IMG/VR virus record: IMGVR_UViG_3300030332_001412
Location: 2,204-66,203 of that record
Source of the DNA: a virus
Taxonomy: Duplodnaviria; Caudoviricetes
Strand: one strand, 5' to 3'
Length of the DNA: 64,000 bases
The number at the start of each line of letters is the position of its first letter. Positions within the stretch are counted from its first letter, which is position 1. The translations under genes and the position numbers were made by a program. The notes under the pieces are model-generated. The model saw only the letters and a program-made list of their open reading frames with translations. It did not search any database and was not told the DNA's origin. Below, one piece after another: positions 26,920-36,899 of this stretch.

Positions 26920-29900
26920 CAGTTATTCGCCGCGCGCACAATCGTATCGGCGTTCTCGGTCGCCATGTTGATGAACAGCTGCTCACCCTCGGGCGTCGCG
27001 AAATACTCGGCGATCTGGCGGGGGTCCGTCACGTTGATCTGGCGAATGTTGACGGCGGGCGCCGGGGTTGGCTGGACGATGACCCGCTCGCCCCCATAGC
27101 CGCCAGCGGCGGCGGCCCTATTGACGCCAGCGGCAGCGCGCACATCGCGGCCCGCATTCAGGGCCTCAAGCAATGGCCGGTTGCGCGCGGTCGCATCGGC
27201 GTTGACGACGAATTCCTTGCCATGGACAACGCCCGCCTCGGCGTTGACCGGCCCGTCGCCGGTATAGCCGCCCTGTTTATAGCCGACGGTGACCGAACGG
27301 ATATTCGAGACGATGGAGGCGGTGGCCGCGACGACCGACGCGATGGCGGGCAGATTGGCCGGGAAGGGCAGCGACGAGGCCTGCGCGATGCCGGTCTGGA
27401 TGGCGACGATCGAACGCGCGATTGCGACGGCCTTTTCGGCCACGAACGCCGCCCGGGCGATGCGCGATTGTTCGCCGAAGGCGTCGCGCATGATCGCGGT
27501 GGTCGATGCGGCGATTTCGGAGACAGCGTTATAGCTGACCTCGCGACGGGCCTGATCGATCTGGGCCAGCCGGTTCATGTGTTCCTGATAGGCGGCCTCG
27601 CGCAGCGCATCGTAATCGACGCCCATTTGGTTAAGCTGCTCGCGGAAATTGGCGTATTGCTCCAACTCTTGCGCGTAGCGGGCGTTCTCGTCGGCCACCG
27701 CGCCGATGTCGGCGTAAGCGACGCCAGTGCCGGGGTCGATGCCTGGCAGGCCAGCGACCGCACCAGCGGCGCTTGCCGCCATTTCGGCCATGCGGGCATT
27801 GTAAGCCTCTTGGCTGATAGCGCCCTCGGCCAGCAGCGCATTGAGCGCCGCGATCGTCTGGCGATAATCGTCGAGCGGCCCGGCGATACTCTCGAGTATC
27901 GACTGCTGGCGTTCCAAGGCGTCCGATTGCCTGATGCCGTTTTCAATCATCGCTTCTTCGACCGATGTCAGATCGCGGCCCAGAATGGCCGACTCCTGCA
28001 ATTTCGCGTTGAGGATGTCCCGATCAATGCCGGTCTTGCCCTGAAGGGCCTGCAGGCGCTCAAGCGGGCGCACGTAGGCGTCCTCGAAAGCCCGGGCGGT
28101 CTCCCGGGCGTCGGCGTCGGTCAAGGCGGTCTTGATCGTCAGCTTCTCGGCCTCGGTGGCCGCCCGATTGAAGCGGCGTTCGAAATCGGCGAAGGATTCG
28201 TCGATGTCGGCCTGCAATTGATCGCGGCGATTGTTCGGCAAGCCGCGCGAGGCCGCCCGGGCGACGACCGCCCCCACGAAATCGGAGGCGCGTTCTTCTA
28301 GCCGCTGCGCCTGATTGGCCTCGGTCTGGAATTGCGACTCAGTGCTGGCGTTCGTCGCCCTGCCCACGATGGTGCCCGGGGCCTCAAGGTGCATGTGGTC
28401 GCGGTGCTGATTCTGGCCAGCGGGGATGCGCCGGGTCGGCCCATCGCCGTTCGCCTCATAGACCCATCCGTTCCACAGCACCCGATAGCCGCGCGACTGA
28501 TAGCGCCGGGCCGCTGAATCGAATTGGGCTTTGAGTTCGGGCACATTGGCTTCGACCACCCCGGTGCCCGAGTTGATGTCGATGGCGTATTTTCCATGGG
28601 ACTTGTTGCCCATCCCGGGGTGATTGCCCCGGACGCCGCCGAATTGCTCATTCTCGCCGACGCGGAAGCCCGCCCGTTGGAATTCCCGGCCAGCGATCCC
28701 GATGGCCTGCTCGCGCGATTTGAACAGGGAGACGCCATCGCTGACGCCCTTGTTGAGCCGTTCCTGTGCCTGCGCGGCGTCGAGGGCCTTCTTGCGCCGC
28801 TGCTCAAGCGCGACGATTTCCTTGGTGAGCGTGACCTCTGAATAGTTGGTCGAGGCAATCGACGTTTCGATCAGCTTCTTGCGCAGATCGTCATATTGCG
28901 CGTTGATGCGGGCAATCGGGTCGATTGCGCGCTCCGCGATATTGACGGCGAATTGAGCGTCGGCCCGGCGCTTGGCCTCGGTCGCGGTCGCGATGGTGCC
29001 GCCGAGCCCTTTGTATTGCTTTTCCAGTTCGGCCAATCGGCTTCGCTCGGCGACCGCTGCGGCGATAGCCGTGCTGCGCGTAGCGGTATCGGCGGCCCCG
29101 CCAGCCGTTTCCTCCAAGCGACGCAAATTCTCGCGCGAGCGCCTGATGTCCTCTTGCAGGCGGGCCTTCTGGGCGATGGCGTTGTCCAGATTGTTCTGCG
29201 CCTCGCTCATTTCGGCGATCAGGGCGTCGCGCCGGGTCTGAAGGTTTTCCTTCAGTTCCTTGTTCTGCTCGCGGATCGCCGCCGTCACGCCTTCGACCGT
29301 GCTCATAAACGCCCGCTTGGCCTGCGCGTCGATGTCGGTCGCCCGGGCGTCCTCCTTCAGCTTTTCGATGGCATCGCCCAAGGCGTCGTTGCTTTCGAAC
29401 AGCTTGCCGATGAACGGGGCAAGCAGGATCGTCGCGGTCGATAGCGCGATACCCCATGGGCCGCCGAGGAAACCGGCGACGCGCCCGAGCATCGATTTGC
29501 TATCGCCGCCCATCAGCATGAGGGCTTGGCTGATCTGGCCGATCTGGGACGAGAAGATCTGGGCGGGCTTTGCGCCGAGCGAATACATCGTCGCCACGTC
29601 GCCGATCTGGTAGCCCATCTGTTGCATACCGGCGCGTGCCTGGCCGGTAATAACGGTCCCGTTCTTGGTGGCCTGATTGACCATATTCTGCGCGCGGGCG
29701 TATTGCTCCTGACTGATCTTGCCCGCGTCCAGAAGCATCTTTGCTTCTTTCATCAGCGCATTGAGCCGCATCTGTTCGGCGGCCTCGGCATCGGTCGCGG
29801 CCAGCACCCGGCGCAGGGCGGCCTCCATCTGGTTTTGCGAGGCGGCGTTCTGCTTGGCCGAATTGCTCTGCTGATCGGTGCTGCTCTTGGCCTTGCTGGC

Positions 29901-30179
29901 GCTGGCCGCCATGCGATCAAGGGCCTGCGCGGTCGTCTCGTTGGCGCGGGCCATATTGGCCGAGGCGCCCGAGAGATTGTTGATCGACTTGTCCAGCTGT
30001 TCAAGCCGGGCGACCAGCCCGCCGATCGTTCGGTCGAATTTGGCCTGATCGAACGACCGATTGAGCGCCTGTTCGGTCGCGCGGGCCTCCTGCTGGACGC
30101 CGCGAAGGTCTTGCTTGACCTTATTGCTGCCCGCGCTGGTCTGCGGGTCGATCTTCGCTACTATCCGATATTCCGCCAC
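26919..30179 (-). CDS. Tape measure protein
   Basis: 1086 aa Ala-rich helical; QQMGYQIGDVAT...IFSSQIGQI motif; GGYTGDG...AGVVHGKEFV C-terminus. Confidence 0.92.
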   Translation of the reverse strand: MAEYRIVAKIDPQTSAGSNKVKQDLRGVQQEARATEQALNRSFDQAKFDRTIGGLVARLEQLDKSINNLSGASANMARANETTAQALDRMAASASKAKSSTDQQSNSAKQNAASQNQMEAALRRVLAATDAEAAEQMRLNALMKEAKMLLDAGKISQEQYARAQNMVNQATKNGTVITGQARAGMQQMGYQIGDVATMYSLGAKPAQIFSSQIGQISQALMLMGGDSKSMLGRVAGFLGGPWGIALSTATILLAPFIGKLFESNDALGDAIEKLKEDARATDIDAQAKRAFMSTVEGVTAAIREQNKELKENLQTRRDALIAEMSEAQNNLDNAIAQKARLQEDIRRSRENLRRLEETAGGAADTATRSTAIAAAVAERSRLAELEKQYKGLGGTIATATEAKRRADAQFAVNIAERAIDPIARINAQYDDLRKKLIETSIASTNYSEVTLTKEIVALEQRRKKALDAAQAQERLNKGVSDGVSLFKSREQAIGIAGREFQRAGFRVGENEQFGGVRGNHPGMGNKSHGKYAIDINSGTGVVEANVPELKAQFDSAARRYQSRGYRVLWNGWVYEANGDGPTRRIPAGQNQHRDHMHLEAPGTIVGRATNASTESQFQTEANQAQRLEERASDFVGAVVARAASRGLPNNRRDQLQADIDESFADFERRFNRAATEAEKLTIKTALTDADARETARAFEDAYVRPLERLQALQGKTGIDRDILNAKLQESAILGRDLTSVEEAMIENGIRQSDALERQQSILESIAGPLDDYRQTIAALNALLAEGAISQEAYNARMAEMAASAAGAVAGLPGIDPGTGVAYADIGAVADENARYAQELEQYANFREQLNQMGVDYDALREAAYQEHMNRLAQIDQARREVSYNAVSEIAASTTAIMRDAFGEQSRIARAAFVAEKAVAIARSIVAIQTGIAQASSLPFPANLPAIASVVAATASIVSNIRSVTVGYKQGGYTGDGPVNAEAGVVHGKEFVVNADATARNRPLLEALNAGRDVRAAAGVNRAAAAGGYGGERVIVQPTPAPAVNIRQINVTDPRQIAEYFATPEGEQLFINMATENADTIVRAANN

Positions 30180-30516
30180 CGCCGCTTTTCCCTGAATTCA
30201 GGTTCTCGATCTGCCAGCGGCGTTCGGCTTGGTCCATCTTCCGGATGACAGTCCAGAACGCCTCCGCGACATCGGGCGCGAGGCCCTTGCGGTCAGCGTA
30301 TGCCATAGCTTTATCCCATGGGATAGGACCATCAGGCGGGCGGCAAGTCGCCAGATCGCGGAATCCGTCGTAGAAAAAGGGCGCGCCGGGCGGCTCCGAT
30401 GGCTCGTCAAGATACCATTGCGGAAGCGGCCGGCGCTTCTTCCTTGCCGATTTTACGCTGTAGCCGTCTCGGTCGAATCGGAGAACCCACTCGAGTCTGG
30501 CGGCGAGCCGTTTCCC
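30121..30516 (-). CDS. -1 frameshift extension of tail assembly chaperone (G-T type)
   Basis: -1 frame open from GGGAAAC (30516-30510) to TAA 30121: GKRLAARLEWVLRFD...PIPWDKAMAYA... Confidence 0.75.
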   Translation of the reverse strand, partial: GKRLAARLEWVLRFDRDGYSVKSARKKRRPLPQWYLDEPSEPPGAPFFYDGFRDLATCRPPDGPIPWDKAMAYADRKGLAPDVAEAFWTVIRKMDQAERRWQIENLNSGKSGGGGISDSSEDRPADQRGQQ

Positions 30517-30989
30517 AAATTTTCCGCATCGCCGACGATCCGGCGCACATCGGCGAGGCCATCCTTCGGCACGAAATTATAGGTGTTGCCGACGAAATTG
30601 CGGCACGGTTCGAACATATAGTTCGGCAAGGCGCGCAAGAACGACAGGCATTCGTCGGCGCTGAATGGGTGGGTCTTGCCCTTTTCGTCCTTGGGCGGAT
30701 TGCCCCATCCCTTGGCGCATGTCCGGGCCATCAGTTCGCGGTCGATTTCGCGTTCCTCGTCCAGCCGGGCGCTGCTTAGGATTTTCTCGCGGCGCTTCGC
30801 CTTGGTGTTAGCCTGATCGGCCTCGGCGCGCTCGACAGCGATCCGGACGCGCTCGTTGAGATAATCGGGGTTTGAGTCGGTCATCGGGGCGAAGATGATT
30901 GAGGGCTCGCCGGGGATGTCCTCGAAAATATATTCGGCGGTCGTCTGCTCATTAACGTCCAGCTTCTTGAGGTGGGAATAGTCGGCCAC
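30453..30989 (-). CDS. Tail assembly chaperone (G-like)
   Basis: Between major tail and tape measure genes, with slippery site near its end. Confidence 0.8.
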   Translation of the reverse strand: MADYSHLKKLDVNEQTTAEYIFEDIPGEPSIIFAPMTDSNPDYLNERVRIAVERAEADQANTKAKRREKILSSARLDEEREIDRELMARTCAKGWGNPPKDEKGKTHPFSADECLSFLRALPNYMFEPCRNFVGNTYNFVPKDGLADVRRIVGDAENLGNGSPPDSSGFSDSTETATA

Positions 30990-31066
30990 AGGGGTTCCTC
31001 CATTGATCAGGGCCGGGACTATCTATTCCCCCGATGCCGCTCTGTCCAACGCTTGCGCCTGCGGGC

Positions 31067-31100
31067 AAAAGAAAAGGGGCGGGGCACTAGGCCCCACCCC
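31067..31100 (-). terminator. Intrinsic terminator after the major tail gene
   Basis: GGGGTGGGGC-CTAGT-GCCCCGCCCC followed by TTTTCTTTT on the minus strand. Confidence 0.75.
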
Positions 31101-31126
31101 CTCTTGATCATCGATCAGCCTGGCGA

Positions 31127-32668
31127 TCAGGCGCAGCCGACATCCGGCAGGACCGGGAAGAAGCTGATGCCGAGCGTAAAGCCCGCCGCGCCTTCTTCGT
31201 GCGCCATGAAGGTCGTATTGAGCAGCACCGATTGATTTTCGGGCATCTCGCGACCGCCACCGCCAAGCGTGCCGGTCGGCAGATCGAAAGCCGCGCCGCC
31301 ATCGCCATTCCGGATAATCCAATCAAGGCCGACGGTGCGATTGCACCGGATGCGTTCGATCATATCCGGATTGGTGAAAAGGATCTGGGTTTCGACATCG
31401 ACCTCGATGTCGCCGATATTGAGATATTTCGGGCCCAGCTTGGCGATGACCTTCTCGCCCGCGACATTATTGGTCAGCGTGAACGTGGCCGATTTGAAAT
31501 CGGTCGTCAGGCCTTCCTCGTCGATGTCCTGCGCGCGCAGGCGGGCAATATCGCTGGCGCTGCCGAACGATTCAGTCTGGCCGCCCGATTTGGCGTCCTC
31601 GGCGTTCTCTGCCCGGACAATCGACGGGTTGGTCGTATCGGTGCCGACAAAGCCGAGCGTCATCGTCGCCTTGCCCGAGAGCGGGATGCTGATCGAAAGC
31701 GCGTCGGCATAGTTGCCGAGGCTATACTCGTAGCCGGTCGCGCCACCCGCCATAAGGTTCGGGCTCGCCAGTTCGAATTGCGTCGAATGCTCGACCCAAT
31801 CGGCAGCGCCCACCGGCACGTTGCGGACGAACTGGCCGAACAGGATGTCGATGCGCAGGCCGGTGCCGCCGCTATTGTCGTCCGTGCCATCATCGGCGAC
31901 GAACGGCTGATCGCGCTTTGCCAGCGTGATCTTATTCTGTTCGATCAGGATCGCCCGGGCAAAGCCGGTATTTTCTTCCTCGAAGAACTGGTTGGCCAGA
32001 TCGACGCCGCCGATGTGGATGACCTGATAGGGCGCAATGCCAAGCGTGGTGAAATCCAACGCCGTGCTGATCAGATTGCCGTCAGCATCGATTTCGATGT
32101 CGCCAGCCGCGCCACGGACGCCCGCGACCGCGATTTCGGCATAGTTGCCAGCCGCGACCGTCTCGGCGGTAAGCCCCGCGATCGTCAATTCGGTCTCGGT
32201 GGCCCCCGGGTCGTCGGAAAGCACCTTCAGGCCATTGTTGGCCTCATTGAGAAACCCGCTGGCGTAGATCAGCGTAGTCGCACCCGAGCCCGCGCCATTA
32301 TAGACGAGGCGACCAGCCTCGGCGGCGCTCAAGGCCGGGATGGTATAGCCGGTGCCGGTGACGCCGCTGACGAGAAAAGCGTCGGCGCCGACCGCATTGC
32401 TGAAAAGAAACGCCTCGGCAAACCAGCGAAGGTGAGCAAGCGTCAGATCGGCCTCGAATTCGACCGCCGAGTCCAGATCGGTGACGACGCCCTTGCGACG
32501 GGCTCGGGCTCGGCTGATGGGCGAGCGCGCCTCCTTGCTGATCGTGGTGCCCCAACTGGTGATGTTGTTCGGCTCGGTCTCGAACCATTGCGGTTCGACC
32601 GGCAGAGTGCCTAGCGACGCCTCGCGCGCAAAGGAAAGTGTCGTTCCGTTCGTAATTACGCGGCCCAT
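31127..32668 (-). CDS. Major tail (tube) protein
   Basis: FAREASLG...REARSPISR.R.RRKG..TDLD, EKVIAKLG...GDIEV, acidic 513 aa. Confidence 0.85.
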   Translation of the reverse strand: MGRVITNGTTLSFAREASLGTLPVEPQWFETEPNNITSWGTTISKEARSPISRARARRKGVVTDLDSAVEFEADLTLAHLRWFAEAFLFSNAVGADAFLVSGVTGTGYTIPALSAAEAGRLVYNGAGSGATTLIYASGFLNEANNGLKVLSDDPGATETELTIAGLTAETVAAGNYAEIAVAGVRGAAGDIEIDADGNLISTALDFTTLGIAPYQVIHIGGVDLANQFFEEENTGFARAILIEQNKITLAKRDQPFVADDGTDDNSGGTGLRIDILFGQFVRNVPVGAADWVEHSTQFELASPNLMAGGATGYEYSLGNYADALSISIPLSGKATMTLGFVGTDTTNPSIVRAENAEDAKSGGQTESFGSASDIARLRAQDIDEEGLTTDFKSATFTLTNNVAGEKVIAKLGPKYLNIGDIEVDVETQILFTNPDMIERIRCNRTVGLDWIIRNGDGGAAFDLPTGTLGGGGREMPENQSVLLNTTFMAHEEGAAGFTLGISFFPVLPDVGCA

Positions 32669-32680
32669 GGTCGCCTCCTG

Positions 32681-33118
32681 TTAGTTAAGTTCCTCATACT
32701 CGAATCGGCCCTCGACTGTCACGCCCCACCAGCGGCCCTTATCAATATCCGATTCCTCGCCGGGCTCTACCTCGGCAAATCGGATGTCATGGGACGCCAG
32801 CAGGCGACAGTTTTCGAAGATCTTGGCGGCACGCTCGGCCAGATCGGCCAGATCGCCGGAACCGCGCCCCGGGGGCTCGCGCAGATCGATGATCAGCAAG
32901 CCCACGCGGTCCATTTTGCGATTACCGCGGCTCCCCATCGTCCCGGAGCCGCCGGGCAATCTGATCGCCTTGACGGCTACCCATTGGGCGTCCGGCGGAT
33001 CGAATTTCTCATTGTCGAGCGTGAACGCTGTCAGCGGGCCGGGCTCGGGCCCGTCGCTGACCCATTGGTCGGCGAACCGCTGGTAGAGCGTTTCCTTGAC
33101 CTCGCGCCACACACTCAT
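32681..33118 (-). CDS. Tail terminator protein
   Basis: LDNEKFDPP..WV...G...MG, position upstream of tube gene. Confidence 0.7.
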   Translation of the reverse strand: MSVWREVKETLYQRFADQWVSDGPEPGPLTAFTLDNEKFDPPDAQWVAVKAIRLPGGSGTMGSRGNRKMDRVGLLIIDLREPPGRGSGDLADLAERAAKIFENCRLLASHDIRFAEVEPGEESDIDKGRWWGVTVEGRFEYEELN

Positions 33119-33603
33119 CGTTTCGGCCTCGGCTTATTGGCGCGGGCAGCAGCGGCCCTGCGCATGCGCGTGCCGAATGAGGCCGCGCGGCTGTAGGTTT
33201 CCCGGATGGCCTTCTCGATTGCGATCTGGACAAAGCCCCGGGGCGATTGCGGCGAGTGGCCGCGATTAAGCGCGCCGATATAGGCGACGTTGTTGGTCGA
33301 GAAGATCGGCCCGTCCTTGAGCCGCCAAGCCAGCACCTCATTCTCGCCAGCCGCCGCCAGCTTGGCCCGGGCGGCGACCTCGGCGGGCGTGGGGCCCTCG
33401 CGCGGGTCGGCGGGCTCGCCGGATATGACATTAGGCTCACCGACGCTCGGCAACCAGTTGGCCGACGCCCACCCGGTATCGATTGGCGTGCCAAGCGGCG
33501 GATTGCTTCGCAGATTGGCGTTCAAATTCAGACCGAGGGCGATGATTTCGCCCTCGGTATATTTCTCCAGATCGGTGACAATGAGATCGATCTGGTCGGC
33601 CAT
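33115..33603 (-). CDS. Tail completion / HK97 gp10-like neck protein
   Basis: TPIDTGWASANW, NNVAYIGALNRGHSPQSPRGFV. Confidence 0.8.
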   Translation of the reverse strand: MADQIDLIVTDLEKYTEGEIIALGLNLNANLRSNPPLGTPIDTGWASANWLPSVGEPNVISGEPADPREGPTPAEVAARAKLAAAGENEVLAWRLKDGPIFSTNNVAYIGALNRGHSPQSPRGFVQIAIEKAIRETYSRAASFGTRMRRAAAARANKPRPKR

Positions 33604-33605
33604 GA

Positions 33606-34112
33606 TCAGCCGATGACTTCGGTATCGGGTGCCTGGCCGCTATCGGGGGCCCGGCTCGCGCGGCCCTCAATGATCTTGCGTTGCAGATCGGCCTTGTTGT
33701 CGTCGCTTTCGATGGCCGCGCCCTCGCGCCCGGCGATCAGGCGCAGATGATCGTTCGTCACCCGGTCGCCCTTGCGAGCGCCAGCCTCGCGATCATCTTC
33801 CTGCCAGACGGACAGATCTTCCGGGATTTCGAGGTTGCCCAGATCGACCGTCGCGCCATCGCTTTGATCGGTCGCATCGGCCAGAACCCGCGCCGCGTTC
33901 TGCTCGGGCGTCTCGACCGGGGTGGGCCGGAAATTATCGGCGGGCACAGCGACCTTGCTGGCAAAGAGGCGGCGGGCGGTCGCTTCCGTCACCTGTCCGG
34001 CGGCCTCGGGTTCGTCGACGATCGTCAGGCGCGCGCCGCGATTGAGGTTGAATCCGTGGACGGTCTTGAACGTCGCCATGATCAGCGGCGTCTCGGCATT
34101 GAAATCGGTCAT
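33606..34112 (-). CDS. Acidic protein with C-terminal HeH/LEM-like domain
   Basis: SD AAGGAG; TNDHLRLIAGREGAAIESDDNKADLQRKI. Confidence 0.6.
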   Translation of the reverse strand: MTDFNAETPLIMATFKTVHGFNLNRGARLTIVDEPEAAGQVTEATARRLFASKVAVPADNFRPTPVETPEQNAARVLADATDQSDGATVDLGNLEIPEDLSVWQEDDREAGARKGDRVTNDHLRLIAGREGAAIESDDNKADLQRKIIEGRASRAPDSGQAPDTEVIG

Positions 34113-34147
34113 CGTTGGCTCCTTCGCTTTACCCGGCCCCTGATACA

Positions 34148-34180
34148 CAAAAGGCCGCCCCTCGGGTAGAGAGACGGCCT
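34148..34180 (-). terminator. Intrinsic terminator after capsid genes
   Basis: AGGCCGTCTC...GAGGGGCGGCC-TTTTGTG on the minus strand. Confidence 0.6.
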
Positions 34181-34200
34181 CGGGGGGTTATTTGCAATCC

Positions 34201-35319
34201 CTAGTCGGTTGCCGGGGTCCAGCCTTCCGGCGGCCCGGCGTCCAGCAAGGCGGTGCGACGCTGATTGGCCGCATCCTTGCCCTTGATGCTTTCCGGCTCG
34301 GCCAGCCATGGCGCGGCGACATTGTAATAGCCGCCGCCCGAATGGGTGGCCGTCACGGCATCGCTATAATCGGGCGCCGGGGCCTCGGCCTGATCGGCCG
34401 GCGCATCACTTTCGGCCTGTTCGGGCTTGTCGGCCTGTGCGCCATCGGTCTGATCGTCGGCCTGATCGGAGCCATCCTGCGCCGCGTTATCGGCGGTATC
34501 GGTTTCGGACTTAACCGCATTGGCCTGCTGATCATCGCTGCCGCTGGCGTCGCCGGGCTGGCCATCCGACCCATTGTCGGCGGTCTGTGCGGCGTCTGGG
34601 TCAGCGGGGGCCTCCCCGCCCTGTTCGCCGGTGTCCTCACCAGCGTCACCAGACGCCGCAAGCCCCTGCTCGGGCGACCAGCCTTCAGGCGGGCCTTCCT
34701 CGCGCAATTCGGCAGCGCGGGCCGTTGCGGCCTCGGCTCCGTGGACCTTCTCGGGCTCGGCAAGCCACGCGGCCTGCACATCGAAATAGCCGTTGTCGCC
34801 AGCGGCCAGATCAAGCGTCACGCCGTGGTGGCTGATCGGCTCGCCCTCGTCGTGGATTTCGCGCTGGCGTTTCTCGGCGTCCTCGCGGCCTTGGACCTTT
34901 TCGGGTTCTTCCAGCCAAGGGGCGCTGATTTCATACCAGCCGCCATCGAGGTCGTCGATTTCGACCTCGGTGCCGCCTTCGATCCAGCCGAGCGGTGCGC
35001 CTTCCTCGCGCAATTCCGCCAAGGCCTTTTCGGCGTTCGTCTTGCCCCTGATCGTCAGGGGCTCGTCCATCCATGGGGCGGTGATGTCCCAAGAGCCATT
35101 GCGGGCCGCTGGCTTCATTTGGACGGGATCGGGTTCTGCCTCGGGGGCAAAATTGACCGCGCGCGATTCATATTGAGCGGCGCGCTGGCGGTCGGAAATC
35201 TTGGCCGCATCATCGGGGTGGGGGAATTGGTCGCCGACCGCATAGGGTCGGCCCAAATAGATGAAGCCCCGGGCAACCGTAAGATCGCGTTTCGGGTCAA
35301 AGCGAGGTCGAACGGGCAC
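34201..35319 (-). CDS. Repeat-domain head-associated protein
   Basis: Four copies of G.(Y/W/F)...A(P/A)W(L/M).EP....G...A.......(E/A)G.P, plus acidic linker. Confidence 0.7.
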   Translation of the reverse strand: MPVRPRFDPKRDLTVARGFIYLGRPYAVGDQFPHPDDAAKISDRQRAAQYESRAVNFAPEAEPDPVQMKPAARNGSWDITAPWMDEPLTIRGKTNAEKALAELREEGAPLGWIEGGTEVEIDDLDGGWYEISAPWLEEPEKVQGREDAEKRQREIHDEGEPISHHGVTLDLAAGDNGYFDVQAAWLAEPEKVHGAEAATARAAELREEGPPEGWSPEQGLAASGDAGEDTGEQGGEAPADPDAAQTADNGSDGQPGDASGSDDQQANAVKSETDTADNAAQDGSDQADDQTDGAQADKPEQAESDAPADQAEAPAPDYSDAVTATHSGGGYYNVAAPWLAEPESIKGKDAANQRRTALLDAGPPEGWTPATD

Positions 35320-35342
35320 GGGGCTTCTCCTATGTTTCAGGC

Positions 35343-36362
35343 TTATTCGGTAGCGAGAACGTCGCTGATAAAGACAGCGAGGTCGTCCGTCACCTTTTTC
35401 ATGCCGAATGCCTGGCGGCTGTGGAAATAGTCGCTGTAGGCGCGACCGTCACGGCCTCGGCTAATGACGCCACCCATGTCGTTGGTCTGGCCCGGGACGA
35501 GGCTATCCCACGCGAAGGTGGCGATGGCCGTCGGGCTGTCCAGCGTCGGGTTCGGTTCGATATAACCGAGCCATGCCGAGTTGGGATCGACGATGTAGGT
35601 GAAATTCTCACCGCCGGTATCATCGACCGAAATCGGCTTTTCGTCAGCCGTGTTGTAGATCGCCCGGGCAACGCGGAGGTTTTCGATTTCGAACATGGCC
35701 GCCATGACCGCGTTCGTGATCGCCGCGCTGGACGTATATTTGATGCGATCCACGAATTCCGGGTGGTTCTTGAGGCGCTTGCGGACATTGGAGCCAAGCA
35801 CAAGCGTGTTGGGTTCCATGCCGGTCGCGGCCCGGATCGTCTCTTTCCAATCTTCAATATCGGAAAGCGGCGAGGATGCGTCGTCGGCCCACGAAAGGAA
35901 CGACACGCCTTCTTCCGGAGCCGAGGTAACGCCAGCGACTTCCTGCGCCCAGACGCCTTCTTTGAAGAAGGTGGTCGCCCAGATGCGGTCGGCGCGGATC
36001 ATCTGCTTGGTCGTCAGCAGGCGAGTGGCGTTCTCGTCGAGGCGGCCTTGCACGCGCGAGTTCTGGCGGGTGCGATCGTCGATGACGTGTTCAAGCGCCC
36101 ATTCCTCGGCGACATAGGTATCTTCCTTGATACCGTAGCCGACCTGGACGGGGCGGCCACCGAGCGGACGCACCTTGGCCTCATCGCGCCAAAAGTAGCC
36201 CGGGGGGTAGACGTTGAATTTGCCCGCTTCCTGCGTCACCGGGATGCGGCTCGATGCTGCGCCAGCGACGAACACGCCATCCTCTTGCATGAGGCCATAG
36301 CTATAGTTCGTCAGATAGGCGTCCGGGTTCGTGTCCCCGGAGATGCTCTTTTTAAAACTCAT
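35343..36362 (-). CDS. Major capsid protein
   Basis: 339 aa after scaffold and cement; YLTNYS, FWRDEAKVR, MEPNTLVLG; strong SD. Confidence 0.85.
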   Translation of the reverse strand: MSFKKSISGDTNPDAYLTNYSYGLMQEDGVFVAGAASSRIPVTQEAGKFNVYPPGYFWRDEAKVRPLGGRPVQVGYGIKEDTYVAEEWALEHVIDDRTRQNSRVQGRLDENATRLLTTKQMIRADRIWATTFFKEGVWAQEVAGVTSAPEEGVSFLSWADDASSPLSDIEDWKETIRAATGMEPNTLVLGSNVRKRLKNHPEFVDRIKYTSSAAITNAVMAAMFEIENLRVARAIYNTADEKPISVDDTGGENFTYIVDPNSAWLGYIEPNPTLDSPTAIATFAWDSLVPGQTNDMGGVISRGRDGRAYSDYFHSRQAFGMKKVTDDLAVFISDVLATE

Positions 36363-36447
36363 ATTCCCTTCTCCAAGTCACGAAGCCCGATTGGGGGCCT
36401 CTTTGGGGTTCGCTGCTCTCGGACCCCCCGGGAATTATTGGCCCCCG

Positions 36448-36828
36448 TTAGGGAGCCGGCACGTCGAGGTTGCTACGATCAACTTCGATGGTGAAAAGCA
36501 CATCGGCGCCCGACGCGGCGCTGATCGCCGTGCCGAATACCTCGGTGCCCGCCGTAGCGGTGATGAATTTGCCAGCGGCGTTCGGGGTGACTTTCGCGCC
36601 GATGGCGACAGCCGCGCCAGCAATGGCCTTCAGCTGGTTGCCGGTCTTGATCGACGACGACAGGCCAGCGGCCTTGCCCTCGCTGATAATGCCGTCGCAG
36701 CCATCGCCAGCGCCGCAAAGATTGAGGCCGGTCGGGGTCCGCTTGGCGGCAAAGAATTCCTTGCCGGTGAGATCGACAGCGCCGGGGACCGCATCGGTCT
36801 GTGCCCCGGTGAAACGTTCGGTTGCCAT
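36448..36828 (-). CDS. Capsid cement protein (DUF2190-like)
   Basis: LKAIAGAAVAIGAKVTPNAAGK..TA...FGTAISAAS.ADVLFTI. Confidence 0.75.
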   Translation of the reverse strand: MATERFTGAQTDAVPGAVDLTGKEFFAAKRTPTGLNLCGAGDGCDGIISEGKAAGLSSSIKTGNQLKAIAGAAVAIGAKVTPNAAGKFITATAGTEVFGTAISAASGADVLFTIEVDRSNLDVPAP

Positions 36829-36899
36829 GATGGCTATCCTTCCTTCGTTTGCCCCGCCGGGTCATTCCAGCGGGGCGGGTTTCGACTGATGGGCCCGGC

